This document shows positions 22,401-37,400 of a stretch of 64,000 bases of DNA, piece after piece. The number at the start of each line of letters is the position of its first letter. Within the stretch, counting starts at the first letter, position 1. Source of the stretch: Phoronis australis (Eukaryota; Animalia; Phoronida); contig NMRA01000574.1 of assembly GCA_002633005.1 (NCBI GenBank), forward strand, positions 205,485 to 269,484. Direction: 5' to 3'. The position numbers and the translations under genes are program-made. Below the pieces are notes generated by a model that saw only the letters and a program-made list of their open reading frames with translations, searched no databases and had not been told where the DNA came from.

Positions 22401-25400
22401 ACAGAGTCACTTAAAGTCTCCCAAATAATGTCAGGAATGAAATACAATACAAGTGACAACATTCAGGTCTAGCTGAACCAAGTGATAGAGATTTTGTCCA
22501 GTAATGTGAAATCGGACCAGCATGAAAAGCTGCCTTCACGATCGAGCATAACAGTACCGCCAAACTTTATCTTAATTTGACTTCTGCAGTAAAGATCAGA
22601 CTTGTGCATGTCTGTTCAATTTTAACTTATGATATTTCTAAAGAGAGTACTATCTGCATGCTAGCATGGCACAAAGGCATCATTCCTCAATCGCCTTAAC
22701 TGCATATGTAGAGCAGAGAAAAATTGTTAGCACATGGTCTACCGGTCTACTATGATGTCTACAAGCAGCAAAAGAAGTAATAGCAAAATAAAATAAAATA
22801 AAATAGAATAAAATAAAAATAAAAAACTGAAGTAAATTTAGCGTAAACGTGTGAGGTCAAAGGTCAGTATTTTCACTTCTAAAGAGTCGGGGGTCATGCG
22901 CACCAACACCGTCGCCACCTTTTTGATGAATGTGCGTCCTGGACTCATGGGCCGCACTGGGTTACTAGAGCCTGTACTAGGCTGAACACAAATAGCACTG
23001 AAAGAGTGGGAAATGGACAACATATATATACAACTGGGAATAGACAATCAAATGTGTTTCCCTAAAGGACTTAACCTAGGAGTTTGAAAAACTGACTGTC
23101 CTGATATGGCAATCTAGCTCAGGTAAATTGTACTCTTAGGTAGGAGCACCACCTATTGAATGACCAAGACACCATGCCAGGCACAGAAATTTTTTCAGAC
23201 ATACGTCATAATCGACTATTGCTACAGGACAGTCAACAACAGAGAACTGTTTCAAAAGAGCAACCATCCCACCTTTGACTCAGAAGTGAACGATAAAATG
23301 TTTTCTATGTCACCTTGAATTAACATTTTCAGGCCAAAGAAACACAATCATCTGCAAAGATTATGACTCCCACCCTCTGATCAATCAGTTCACTCTATGA
23401 GGAAACTAATGTCAGTGTACAGTTCCCAAAGGACAACATCAAAAACAAATCTAGTGATGTAACTTATATAAGGCATTGTAAAATAATGATTTGCCTACTA
23501 GATTATAGCTTGAATAAAAAATCATAATTCACACTTGAAAACAAAAACAAAGGATTTCCGTAGTCACAAATCAAAACGAAAGCTAAATGTAAACTGAAAT
23601 ACTTTCTGATTAAATGGGTAACAAAAATTCTACAGTCCACGTCTGTTGTAAACACACACACCTGTAGTTAATTTCACCATCTCCATCCCTGTCCAGCTCA
23701 TCTACCAGTAAAGAGATCTCTTCTTGAGTCAGATTGATGCCAATTTCCTGAGCAAGAAATGAATTCATTTTGATTTTGGCACCACTTATTCCAAAAAAAA
23801 AACAAAGTCTACAACATGAGGCAGAACAAACTCCAACAGATAATTATTGATGATACAAATAAATAACATATTGCATACCTGACAATGTGACAGAAACCAG
23901 AATTATATACCTTTCTGCATAAGTAAAAAAGTTTTAAAAATCCATGTTGCATATTTGTGGGCTATTTACAAACTTCATTTATTAGGTTTGACTTACTTTT
24001 TACACTCATTGCCCTGTCTAATAATAATAATATGCAATTACACCTTTATAGTTGCCATGCAATCATCACATGGCACGGTCAAAGTGAGCAGTGATTCAAT
24101 TTGCAACCAATCTGTTGTACCAGCCATCACATCATCAATGCAGTATTTCTAACTGATTTATGTTCACTCCATCCATGATTACCAATTATATTTCGGTCAC
24201 TCGACTATAATTTTGACAGGTGGTGCAGCTGGAAAATTGAGATACCTGCCCATTTAGAAAGTGGACTTGAAAAAAGGACCCATTTGTAGGGAGCTCTCAT
24301 GTCAACGTCCCATTTTCAAAGAGATTTGTTCCAGAAACACTGCCCCCTTTTGGTAGAGGTTAATTCCATAAACCCAAATCTTTTGTAAAAATCTTGAACA
24401 GCTGGTTTTTTAACTCATTAAGCCTGGAGCCATACTAGAAGAGATGTCGTGTGATCACAAATGAGTACATCTCTGCAAGGAAAGTTTCAAAAACACACTC
24501 AGACAGTATTGAAAACCTTTATTGTAGATTTATGATGTAGAAATTTCTAAATCCACATTTTGCTGGAAAAGACATGATCTTTTCGAAAATGTTATCAGAA
24601 AATGCTTCCTTTCGAAGGGAAACTGTTGGGCGAACTAGTCACCCATCCTTTTGAATAGCACATCCCACAAAACAGTTGATGGGAGTACCCACGGACCCGT
24701 AACCAAAATCTCACAATTATGTGACCAACCTCGATGCCTTGTGCAAACTGGGCCCTCGTCACACTCATACTTTTGTCTTTGTCGAACTTCTGGAAGAAAT
24801 CTATAAGGCGCAGGTTGTTCTTGGTAATGTAGTTCTGCAACTTCACCATAGGGTGCACTCTGGCTTTAGGCTTCAATGGAACATTATCTGTTCCATGCTT
24901 CACCTTTAGCTCAGGAAATATTTCCTTGCACTGCTTGAATACTTCAAGAAAGTCCTCATTGACAAGTATGTCCTGAAAATCAAGAACATTAAATTAGAGC
25001 TTTAAAGCGTAACAAGTTCTCCAAACTGTAAACAACAAACCAGTGGTGTATCAAATAAAACATCCAAACTAGACTCACTGCACGTCTACACAATTAATCT
25101 CTTGCCAGTCCAACATTCTCAAAAAGAATGTCCACTGACAGCTATTTTACATTAGATGGCATGGGATAGCTGACTTGCTAGAAATATAAATGATGCATTA
25201 CGTAAATGAGCTAATTTTTCACAAGTGGAAAGATGTTGCCATCAATAATGCGAGATAAGAGATAGAAGCTTTGAAGATTTCTTACAGTGAAGTCAATGTC
25301 TTCCAGTACACAGTTAGGGTTCTTCAGCAGAGATGCGCATACAGCCCAGCAACCTGCACTCTGCATAGGGTTTTTGCCCATCTGGAAACAAATAACAGCC

Positions 25401-28400
25401 TTTTAGCCACGAATCTACAGTAAAGTACATAGCCTACTTAAGACACAACTAAATGGTTATGGCACACAAATGAAATTTTATTTTTGCATTTTATTTATAA
25501 AGGACAATTACGATAATTCTTCACTTATTTCGCAAAAAATAATTTCCGAAATTGTTATTTTCCATTTTTCAGAGCCGATTACTTTGCTACAAACAATGAG
25601 AGCTTTACCAAATATTGTTTTATGGCATCTACGCATGAGTGCAAACAAAGAGAGTAATAAATAAATTTTTTCTTAATCCATGCTTCTGTGGAAAAATTTG
25701 ACAAAATAAGTTTCATTTGTACACCACACTGTGTGCCAATGAGAATTTACGGTACTCGCTTTTGTCAATTTTATTACTTTTAACTCATATTTTACGCATT
25801 CATTTAGCCACAAATGTTCTGTCTTTAGCTATGCTGTCAATACAAATTTGTTACCTTTTGACTTGTTTATTTATTAGTTTATTGTATAAACTCTCTTTTC
25901 TTTGGCTTTTATCTTCATTTTATTTATGAAGTCACAAATGACACGTCCTTTTCTTTACAATGTTCACATAAAGGTGAGGGAAAGACATGGTCATGATGTA
26001 AAATCAGGATACGGCAAATACACAACATGGCAATGTATTTCCCTCATCTTCACCTTTTGTTCCTGGAAATGGTCAACTTCATTACCAGGATATATGTTCA
26101 ACGTAAATATTACTGCCACACAGGTGGGTAACTTACCTTTAGCGTTTTCAAATTCTCATTGACTGAAAGACCCTTTCCCAGTAAAACAGCCCCTTCTGTT
26201 GCTATCCTGTTGTTTCTGTAACAGTAATTACGGTATACAGCAATATACATATGATTACCACAAACAATAGATTGAAATGAAAGATACAATAATGACAAAC
26301 TGCTTTCAATTTTTAAAATTTAATTAGAGAGAAAAGCCGTTTCCTTATGACTTTTGAAAATGTTTCCACAATAGCAGACGCTAAAATGTTTATACTAAAC
26401 AAACATCCTTTGCAAAATGACACTTCGTTATTGCTTGAGTGAGACCATACTTGGCACATAAAATGTCCTGCCGCTACAAGCCGACTTAATTATTCAGAAT
26501 GTTCCCAAGCACTACCAAACTGCCTGTTCTTCCCTCTATAGTGAATAATTAACAAGTTGAGACCAACTTCATAATTAATAGTGATCTAAATCAAAGGTTA
26601 TGTTTTTGACCGCAGAATGCTTAACAGCATAAACATGCAATATCTTGATTTTAAAGTTAACTAGAAATGAAGGTAAAGTTTCAAAGTAAGGTCCTACATA
26701 TCCAAAATTGGAGATATAAACCGTGTAAAACTTATCTCAAGCTAGAATTTCAAGATTAATTTCACTATGACATCTCATTACAGATGCACATCTCAAACTG
26801 TAGAAGTTTTAACTTTGTAAAATAAAACCACCAATCAACAGAAAACTCACGTTATATCCAAAGTCTCTAACACAGCGTTTTCTTTGAGTGCATTTCCCAA
26901 AGCCATTGCACCTTCATTTCCCAGGCCATTCCATGATAAGTTAATGCATTTCATAAAAATATTTTGCTGGAAAAGAAGAAAGCATCAAACCCAATATTAT
27001 TTTATGAAAACCAGACAAGTCACAATAACCAAAAAACTCAATTTGTGTTTTTACTCAAAATAAGAAGAGGGTCCGGGGACCCTGAGGTATCCTCTTAATT
27101 TTATTTAATATACCAGATTCACAAAGAACTTCAGTGCAGCAGACAAAATTCCCACCATAAAAGGAAGTGTGTTTCATGAACAAAATTTCTGCTGGAAGCA
27201 TGAATAAATTTAAAGAAGTATAATGATATGCCTTATGCTTATTAAGTACGTCGCTTAAAACGAATAACGTTAAAAGTAATATCGAAAGTTTCAATGTCTG
27301 TTGCGACAACCAACCTTAATTCCGGCGGCAATAGCAACAGCACCTCTCTTCCTGATACAGTTCCAGCTCAGGTCAAGATTTTTAAGGGTGCTGTTCTCTG
27401 CTATGGCAGGTCCCAAGACAACACCGGCTCTCTCACCAAAGCTGTTATTGCTCAGATTGAGATATTCTAATTTTGGACCATTCTGAAAAGACGTAGATTA
27501 CATGACATAAATTATTCATCCTAATGGAGTGTCCGATGTATTGACCACAAATCAAAACTTTGGAGGGGGTCACCATTCGGCATAGCGACCTAGAATTTTA
27601 CACACCATTACAAATCATCAGTGTCGTTAACACACAATAGGTCTTTTGAAATTGACATGGAAGTTCAGTGAAAGTACTTCCTTGTGAACGCTGTCCCAGA
27701 TGGCCTGTGAAAGTAAACACAGGGTTCATGGTCCTGACTGAGGTTATTGTTTTATTACCCCCTATGAGTTATGAATATCCTAACCCAGAAAGAATAACGA
27801 CTCACTGAAGTATCAGTAAAATTACTGAGATGCATTTACATGGCAATACAAATTAAATCATGCGTGACAAACTCTTGCTTGAAAGTGACTCTTGGTGATC
27901 GTATCTAAGAAAAGTTTTATCATCACAGCACCTCAGTGATTTTTCAGTTTAATTTCACTTCCACACATGTTTGTTATACCTTTCAACTAAAAATAGTGAT
28001 CTTTTAATTACCTAGTTACAACTTGTTGAAAACAGTATGCAATAATGTTTTGAACATGACGAAATACATACCATTATGGCTTCTGCAAAAAATATGGCCG
28101 CTGTGTCATCGAATTCGTTACCGCTCAGCGTGAGATGTGTTAGTGTAGTGTTATTCTGTATGATGTCTGATAAAGGTTCAGCACTCAGTGAGCCAAGTTT
28201 GTTGTCAGACAGGTTCTGGAACGGAATCACTCCTTAGTATCACAACAATGCAAATTCAAGCACAATTTTAAAATTTAAGAAATATTCTAATACACTTTCA
28301 GGCAACAGCTCCAAGGGACTACTCATCATGCTAGTGAATGTGTTCATAAATACAAATGTTCTCCTTTCAAACACAAGTGTTAAAATTTCTCCTTTTTTCG

Positions 28401-31400
28401 TTTTTCCAAAGAAAGGATTATTTAGGCCAAAAGAGTACAATTGGTTTTGGTCTCTGTCCATTTGTTATGAAAATTGAATCAGTATTTTTTAGTTGCTGGC
28501 TTTTTCAAAAAAAAGAACAAGCACCTGAGACAAACAAATATGATGTGGGATTCTTTTCACTACTGTTATTAAAATCTCTTGGTCTATTCACACCGACCTC
28601 TTGTCTATTTACACTGTCACAACGTTTCGGTAGGTCTATTTTCCGGCCATTGTCAGAAAAACGAGCTCGGATATGTGGTACACTCATCATGGTGTGATTT
28701 TTTACTATATTGAGTGCACCACATATCCGTGCTCGTTTTTCTAAGAACGCAGGAACACCTAACGATGGCCGGAGAATAGACCGACCGAAACGTCGTGACA
28801 GTGTAAATAGTCAAGAGGTCGGTGTAAACAGACCAAGTGATTTTAATAATAGTTGTAACTCGACGCCACCTCAGAGCGGTTTTAGAAAGGATTCATTTCA
28901 CTCATGGCGTTTTAAACCTTTATTTTCATTTATTACATGTACCTTCAACAAAACACTGGTCAGAGCCTGGCTTCTTGTCAGAGCCTGGCTAGCTGGTCAG
29001 AGCCTGGCTTCTGGTCAGAGCCTGGCTGGCTGGTCAGAGCCTGGCTGCTGGTCAGAGCCTGGCTGCTGGTCAGACCCTGGCTGCTGGTCAGACCCTGGCT
29101 GCTCAGACCCTGGCTGCTGGTCAGAGCCAGACTGACTGCTGGTTAGAGCCAGACTGGCTGCTGGTCAGAGTCTGGCTAAAATGGATGGGACATTTTAGTC
29201 GGAGTGTGAAGGTCTCAAAAGGAGGTACAGACCAGAATTTAATCTATGCTTTTTTGACTACAAGAAAACCAAAAACAAAGAGCATTCTACAATATATCTC
29301 ATCGACATGTTATATGGAGGCACTAGCTGGGAGAGACAGGATGACTACAGGAATGACGTCATTACGATGTTTTGGACACAGTGTGACTGCACGTCTATTC
29401 GTATTTCCGGGTCCAAATTGCGCCGCTGCCATGACACGTCATCACTACAAACATCCGAATTATCTTTAGGTCAGTCTCCGCTGGTCTACTTGGACGCCTC
29501 AGTAGAATACCCCAATCAAAACTGGACAGTTACAATCAATGGCCCTGCCCTTACCTTGATGTCTCCTTACCAGATCAGTAATGTAGCAGTTTTCCTTCAG
29601 CATCTCACAGACATGCAGACAGCCTTGGTAGCCAAGCCAGTTGTCACTGAGATCAAGTTTTAGCACGTTAGTGTTGGTCTGGAAATAACAAGTGATATTG
29701 ATACACACTTAGAAATTTTGCCATTGATGAATCATGCGCGCACCCAGCCTACAAAATGGGTGGGGCTCTACTTTTTGAGAATGAAGACCTTTTCTTAAAA
29801 TTCATCGGGTACATTCCGAGCTACGAATTGTGCATTTACCAAATTTCGATATTTCCTGCCTTTTTAGGGGACTTTTGTCTCATTTTCTACTTTTTTTTGA
29901 ATTTTTGTTTCTCTGAGGTGGACCTTTTTTGCCCATTTCACCAAATGGGGTGCTTGTTCAAGACCCCCGAGCCCCTCCTGGGAGCGCGCATGGTTATATA
30001 TACTCCGACATCCATTGTACGTCACCTGCAATGTTATCTATCACCTAACATTACCAGTTAGTCTGACTCTCTGAAGCACTTCTCTGGATTTTGATGAAAT
30101 TTTTATGAATATCAATAGCTTGTATGTACAGCTTCAGGTATATAAAAAGCAATGTTAATGAAAATTTATTACAAGAAAAAATGGTTTTCCCTTTGGAGCT
30201 AAAAATTAATGCCACCAAAATGATATTTTAAAGAACTTAAAATTGAAACGAAATTTATAAAACTCAGTTCAATACATTTGGACCTGAAGTGTCAAGGCTC
30301 TTTGAGTTGTTTTCATTTCATGTCAGATGTTATTTCAACATAAAAAAACTGATTTGCTGCAAGGCAATTATTGCACCTTTTGTAACAAAGCATCTTTCTG
30401 TGACAGCTCTATAGTCGTCTCTTACTAACATCTTATTGAACACCAGTCAGGCATTGCTACCCCAGGGAAAAAGGATTTTTCATCATAGGAGCTCCACTTA
30501 ACAGCACAGCAAACTAAAAATGTCTCGACAACTTCATGTTAAAAGCTATATTTAATAACTGTCACTCAAAATTAAACAGTGGTGATTTATTCTGACGTGC
30601 CAGCTCAGTTCTCAATGAAAATGTATTGATTTGGCACATAGAGAGAAAAGTTGGAAAGAGGTGTGCAAACATCCTTTGCTGTTCAAACAGAAACAATGAT
30701 TTAGAGTGGAGCCTTGTTGACTAGCAATGTTACACTAGCAACAGAGATAGTACACTAAGGCTGTGAGAAAATGAATGTGTGAAACAAACTTGTCAGTTGT
30801 ATGCTTAGTGTATTGATAACTTGAAATTGTTTACATCTGAGGTCAAATAAGCGGATACCATTTTGATGCTGCTTTCCAACTATTGTCGGCAACTCCCTTG
30901 TTTTGAGAAGTTATTGGTCAGTGGGAAAGTGCAAATCCAGCAACTCCTCTCAAAACGTGTGGATTAAAATGCGGAGTTGCGAAACTACCCTAACCTGTGA
31001 AAGATCAAATCCACTCTGGGAGCAGTAATTGCAGGGGTCGTGACATGTTCACAGTGTGAATCAACAACGCTGTCTGGTGTTTAATCTACAGAATTAGCAA
31101 TTATAACTCCCATGTCAAGTTTGTCGTACAGAAAAAACAACTGTATCCATCATAAACAACGGCATGACAAATTGGAAATCAACAATTCAACATACTTATA
31201 GAATTGTCTTCCTTAAGAAAAACTCACAATAGATATCAAAGCACTGAAAAGGTAAACTGAGCTCTGACCTTACTGAAAAATCTCAACAATTTCAGAAAAT
31301 ACAATAGCCAAAATTGCCAATTTGTTCATTTCAATCAATGGCTGCTTCTAACATTGTTTTGAGTGCCTCTTACTGTTCCAAATATTCCATGACTGTAACT

Positions 31401-34400
31401 ATCCTAGAGAATTTGCAAACAGTACAGCATTAATGTGGTGTTAATCTTATTTTTGATGAAAAATGAGAAAAATTATATTTCATTTGCCTTCTAAATGGAC
31501 ATATTTACTCAGCGTAAGCAATGGGTCTTGTATAAATATCATTTATCTTTATTCGGGACATATGTCGATCATAAATACTTACAACAAGGGAGACTGCCAT
31601 GGGAGACTGCAATGGGTCTCGTATATATACTTACAACAAGGGAGACTGCCATTGGTTTGACGCTTTCCGGACCCAAAGCATGGTGGCGTAACACAAGTTT
31701 GGGGTCGTTCATATGTCGCACAAAGTATGACACAGGGATCACTCCCTGGTGTTTACAGGTGGCAATGTACGCTGTTCGACCAGACGCATCGTAGGAATCT
31801 TTCACCTCTGAAACAAAATTAGATAGGCATAAACATTGATAAACATATACATAATGACATGCATCAGCAGAGATCAAAATTAGATAGGCATAAACATTGA
31901 TAAACATATACATAACGACATACATCAGCAGAGATTAAATGTGAAAATAATTAAGGAAACAAAAATGGATCTGTAAAAATCAAAATTGGTGCAACCTTCC
32001 AGGCCTAAACATACGTTCTGCAAGTGCAAAATCCTTGTAAAAAGCAAGATCATAAAGACCAGTTGCAAAATGCTGCCAATGAAAGGTCAGTGTTTTAAGA
32101 GTATACTTGGGAGCTTACTCTACCGTATCCTAACAAAAATGGCGGACAATTACCCGAATGATTGCTGTTGTTGGAGAATGTTGAATTATGACATATAGAA
32201 TTCACTGTCTCTGCTATATAACAGAAGATTTCTCCCCACGGTAGTGCTTTAAAAGTGTCATGGATCTACACAACACACCCCCAACACTTCCTGGGGTGTA
32301 GCAATAGAGACAGCTGTAAACACTGACTTATTTCATCTCGTTAAAAAATAATCGTAGGCAGTCAGCTACACATTACCAGATGTGCGCAGACACTCAGGTG
32401 GGCTCAATCATTGCGCTGATCACCAGGAACCAATTTTATGCTTTACTAATATACAGATAAAACCGAGCTTAGCAGCTAGAGAGGACTGTCTAGCAGTGTG
32501 CTCTGGTGGGACTCGAACCCACAACCTTAAACAAAGGAAGAAGATATCCATCCCACTAGGCCACGTAGCAAAAAAATGTTTACTCACATTAAATCAATTC
32601 TTCTTGGACTTAAACATAATCAATTTTCTGCAACACTATCGAATTGCACAAATCAGTAACTGGGAATTTTATTATTGCAGCATTGTGATTATACCGACAT
32701 CGTGTGTAGTGGTAAATGTATAAAATGTCTGTGGAAACATATTCTACAACACTGAGTAGGGCACCTAAATTTTCTTACAGTACACTTGAGAACTTTTATT
32801 GCCAAGCTTTTGTACAGCTTTCAAGTGTCAAAAACTGATCTGTGTTTAGAATGCCAACATAATTATAGTCCTGAGGGCCTGTAGTTAAATAGGCATGAGC
32901 AAAATCCCTCAAAAGAATTAAATTGGCTTAAAGTAAAGGAACTGTTGAATACCTGTAGCTTCCCATTCAGATGCATGACCTTTTGATGGTCTTCAATTAT
33001 ATGTAGAGTCGTGACACTGCGCGCAGAAAGTTTTTAACTTATTTCTTAAATTTTGTGTCTCTAGAAAGAACCCTCATTTCTCAGACACCAGGAGGCAATA
33101 CACCTAGACACAATGTGCAAAGTTTCAGGTACCCATTATCAGTAAAACTAAATTAACATTAAGTGTGGCTGTATCAGGGCACTACGCCACTCTATTTTTG
33201 ACGGCCGGGGTGGGTACTGCTGAAAAATAGGGTATCCACCCATGGACTCGAAAACAGAGGAGCCATGTGAAGAAAATTTCCACAAAAATGTCAACTTTTC
33301 ATAGTTTTTTTTTTGTTTCAGAAACATCACTTTTCCTTTTGGATAATTCCAAATTCCCAACCCTTTCATAGTTATTCTTGGACAGCTGCAGTTTTAATCC
33401 ATTAAGCCTGAAACAGTTAAGTTATGATGTCACTTGGTCAAAAACAAGAACATCATTTAGAACACAGTTTTCAAAACACAGAAGATATAGCATATCATTT
33501 TGTAGATTTTTATAGTTGGAAAAAGAAACCGTTTCGTAATAAGGTTCCAAATTTCTAAAGTGACCTTTTTGTCCCGAATTATGTCAGAAAAGGCAGCCTT
33601 TCACAGGGATACTGGTCACAAAAAGTCATTCTACTGAGCACATCATATACTTGTCCTATGGGGGTAGCATGAGTACTCCTTCATGTATACTTGTCCTATG
33701 GGGGTAGCATGAGTACTCCTTCATGTATACTTCCCCCATGGGGGTAGCATGAGTACCCCTGAAGACATTATCCACAAGTCTGTGCATTTGAACAACATAT
33801 CTACAACATAGAATTTAAATCCTTAAAAGTATATATTTTCTGAAAGTAGAAAGCCTGTAGAATTATATTTTTGATGTTATACCAACTCCAATTCCTTTAA
33901 TATTGATTTTGGAGAGTAGTGCATACAGTGCAGTATTTGAAAATTTTACTTAAATCTGGCCTGAGCCATTTATGAGGTATGGAGTTCTGAAAATCATAGC
34001 CAAATTTTGACATTATTCTAGGGTTACACATAACCTTAAAGCAAGCTTTCTGTGGCAGTCTTCTGCTTGATTACCAAATGCATTATAAACTTCAGCCACA
34101 CCTAATGACTTTATCCTCCACAGCTCCGGTTATAACACAAGCAGTAAAAACATAGCAGGAAACCTACCATCTTCCAAAAGACTTGCAGTGTTATCCCAAA
34201 CAAACACACTACCCTCTCAGTACACCTTACAAACAGCTACCTCTTAGCCTGAGCTGTCAAAAAGTTCAAGATAAAAACTCAAGAGGAACACACGCGTGAT
34301 CCCCATCAATATAACACTACCTTTTTCCTTCTGTTCTTTCTTTTTAATGCTTATTATTCTGTTCACGGTCTTTTTAAATGGCTGAGGATCAGCAAACAGA

Positions 34401-37400
34401 AATCCACTGTAGTCCTCCGCCATACTCGGAGACTGGGCAGAATTGAGGAGGTACTAAACCACCGTTATCTCTCTCTGTCTCTCTCAAATTTCAGACAGGT
34501 AAATTAAATATACAATCCTGGAGCTGCTGAGTGATAGAAACATGTCAGTCTGTATCAACTGTGACTCTGAGGTGTCGACTGACGAAGATGATACAAAGGT
34601 GTACAGACTGGTTCACTATGAGTTCACTGTTGCATGTCCTGTCTGTGGTCTACCAATAGCCAAACAGAGCTGTCCACCAGAGGCATTTAAACAGAGAGCT
34701 CCTTTAACCACAATGCCAAGGTTGTGCAGAAAGAGGTCTAACTAAGCCAAGGGCAAACACAGTTTTAATGGATGTTTTTATGTAGGATTGAAACAGTTGG
34801 TAAGGGGCAGGATTGACTGATGGATCTAAATTATGGTCATTGTTTGATATGAGTAATGAAATGTGATGTGGGTTAAGTGATATGTTTGCTAGATATGGTC
34901 ATTTAAGATTCACAAAAGAATTGTATTAATTCAATTAAACTTCAACATATCAGATTTCATTCCCTGAACTACAGGTTCACCCAAGTTCAAGAAATAATGA
35001 TGAAAACGGTTTATTGGCAATTTCAAAATGTACAAAAATTGCAACTGAATTCAACATGTAGAGATGAAGCAAGTAATTCAAACTGTTGATAATTCTAGTA
35101 CTGAAAATAGGTGAATTGCTTTAAAATTAAAATTGATGTTTCTGTAGTTTGCCTAATTTTTTACAGGTGCATCTTGAAAAGGTGATACGGTTGAAAATAT
35201 TGTTGTTACTATTACTATTAGTATTGTATAACTATAATTAATAATAATATTATTATTATTATTATTAATTCTTCATTACTTGTATTGCCTGCATTTTTAA
35301 TTTCTCAGTGTCTTGTATTTTACTATGGTCAAGTAAACTTTTGAATATAATAATAAATAATAATCATAATGAAAACTATAATAATGATGATAATAATAAC
35401 AATAATAATAATAATAAAACAATAATGTCAATGATATGATAATGATATTTAACTTGCAAATAAAGTTATGCATACACAAATACTATAAACAGCTATTAAA
35501 TAATAATTAAAACACACGCAAACTAGAATGATGGGTATTCAAATATGAAAATACCTTTTCACCAGACTTTGTTACATGTGACAAAACCAATTAATTAGAG
35601 TAGTGTAAGGTGACCTTCACGGTAAGAAAAGGTAACATACCAAAACACAACATGAATAACATCAAACGTTCTATCCAAAAGTATGATAACAAAACAAATG
35701 TGTCCATAATGTATAAAAAATCTTGTTGTCCATGGGGAGTTGTTCAACTTGACACTGCACATTGATAAACATCTTCAGTTACTCCTTTTGCTCACATCTC
35801 TATAGGAATCTCAGTGCACCTGGAAAGCAGTAGGCTACAGCATAGCCCTGGGCTCCAGTCTCTTATGGGCTCCTAAGGCTGGCTAACTGCTAGAGTTGGT
35901 GAGGTTTGATTACCAGTAGTTATATATAGGTCATACGCAATGGCAAACAACTCATACTCTACTTACTAAAGCTTTAAACCTGAAATTTCTAGAAAATATC
36001 CTTTGCAATGTTTTTCAGCAAAAATTAATACGATTGGGTCTTCAATTTTTAAAATCGGTAAACTATTAAGTGATTTTCCGACAACTTTTAACAGTATCCA
36101 AAAAACATTGACTTGCTGACTGCTGATCATATTTGCACTTCATTGGTTTATCGATCTCCACATTAATACAATAGACAGGTTCAATGGGCAGTACAAATGT
36201 GTCTGGGTTTTCAGGTAATGGGCTGTAACTGTAGTAAATCTTGTCATGAGCATTAAAATTTTAAACAATAAAAACATTCCTGCAATTATCATTTGGTACT
36301 TTTCCAGTTCCCATATTATAACATGGGCGGTGCACCATAGGGGGCTGGGAGAGGCTATAGCCCACCCCACTTTTTTCAGTGCTACGCTGCACACGGTCTA
36401 TGCACGACAGGGGGGCTGAGGGGCTTTAGCCCCCCACTTTTTTCAGTGCAGCGCCACCCATGTATAATTTTAATACATCAAGAACCTTATGACAAAACCA
36501 GCTGGCTGCCATCTGGACAACCACCAAGTGATGGGTGTTAATTCTGCCTAGTTGAACCTTTCTTTTCTAATGGGACAATGTTTATATAAGGTTTTATGGC
36601 TCCCAGTGTGACTATATTGGGTTGTGTATTGTGAGGTGAGACAACTAAGGGGCATTGCATAATAGAGATTCAATACACAGATTAAAGCTGATCTCTCCAC
36701 TGGAAATGTAAGAGCAGTCTGAAGGAGTGTGAAGAATGTTTTGTTGTGATCACTATAGTTGGTTTTTGAAACAATCTAGATAGAAAATCTGGCACAAGTC
36801 CATCATAGTAAAGATATGGTATTCAGGGTTGATAAACAAATATTTCCTTTCCTGTACTAGCAAAGAAGATCGACCTGTAACCTTGTTTTTGCAAGGGAAC
36901 AAGCGGTATGAGGTTCCTATCATTAATAAATGACATCATATATTGCGAAGATGTGTCCGAGATTCGGTAGTCTGGAGTGACAAAAAATCTGTATTTTGCC
37001 GAGTCATGAAGAATAAGAATATTACGGTAAGACATACACTTTACTATAACTCTTAAAACCATAGTGAGAACACGAAAGCATCTTTCTCACAAACGGGCAG
37101 TGGCAAATGCTGACCGTGGTGTCAATTTGCTCTGTGTCAGTCCCGCAGTTTACACAGTGAAACATCTCATTCCATGTCAGCTGATCCCTATCAACTATTA
37201 TAGTGTAAACAGCACTATAGTGAGTTGTTAATGCAGACATGAAAGAAATTGACAAGCTGAGCCAAACTGGAAAGTGAGCAGCTACTACACCATAAAGGCT
37301 TTCTGGGCTTCATTAATTCAGCCTGAATGATATATACATACAAGGCCTATTCAATACCTTGTAAACACTGGTAACTATGACATTCATTTCAGTGGGACAC

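Noticed and set aside
28710-29146. ORFs with WSEPGC / LVRAWL repeats
   Set aside because: They are translations of the 18-bp minisatellite and palindrome inside an intron.
33643-33760. CRISPR-like appearance of short repeats (also the repeat pair at 1000-1110)
   Set aside because: No array of unique spacers, no cas genes, and a eukaryotic context.
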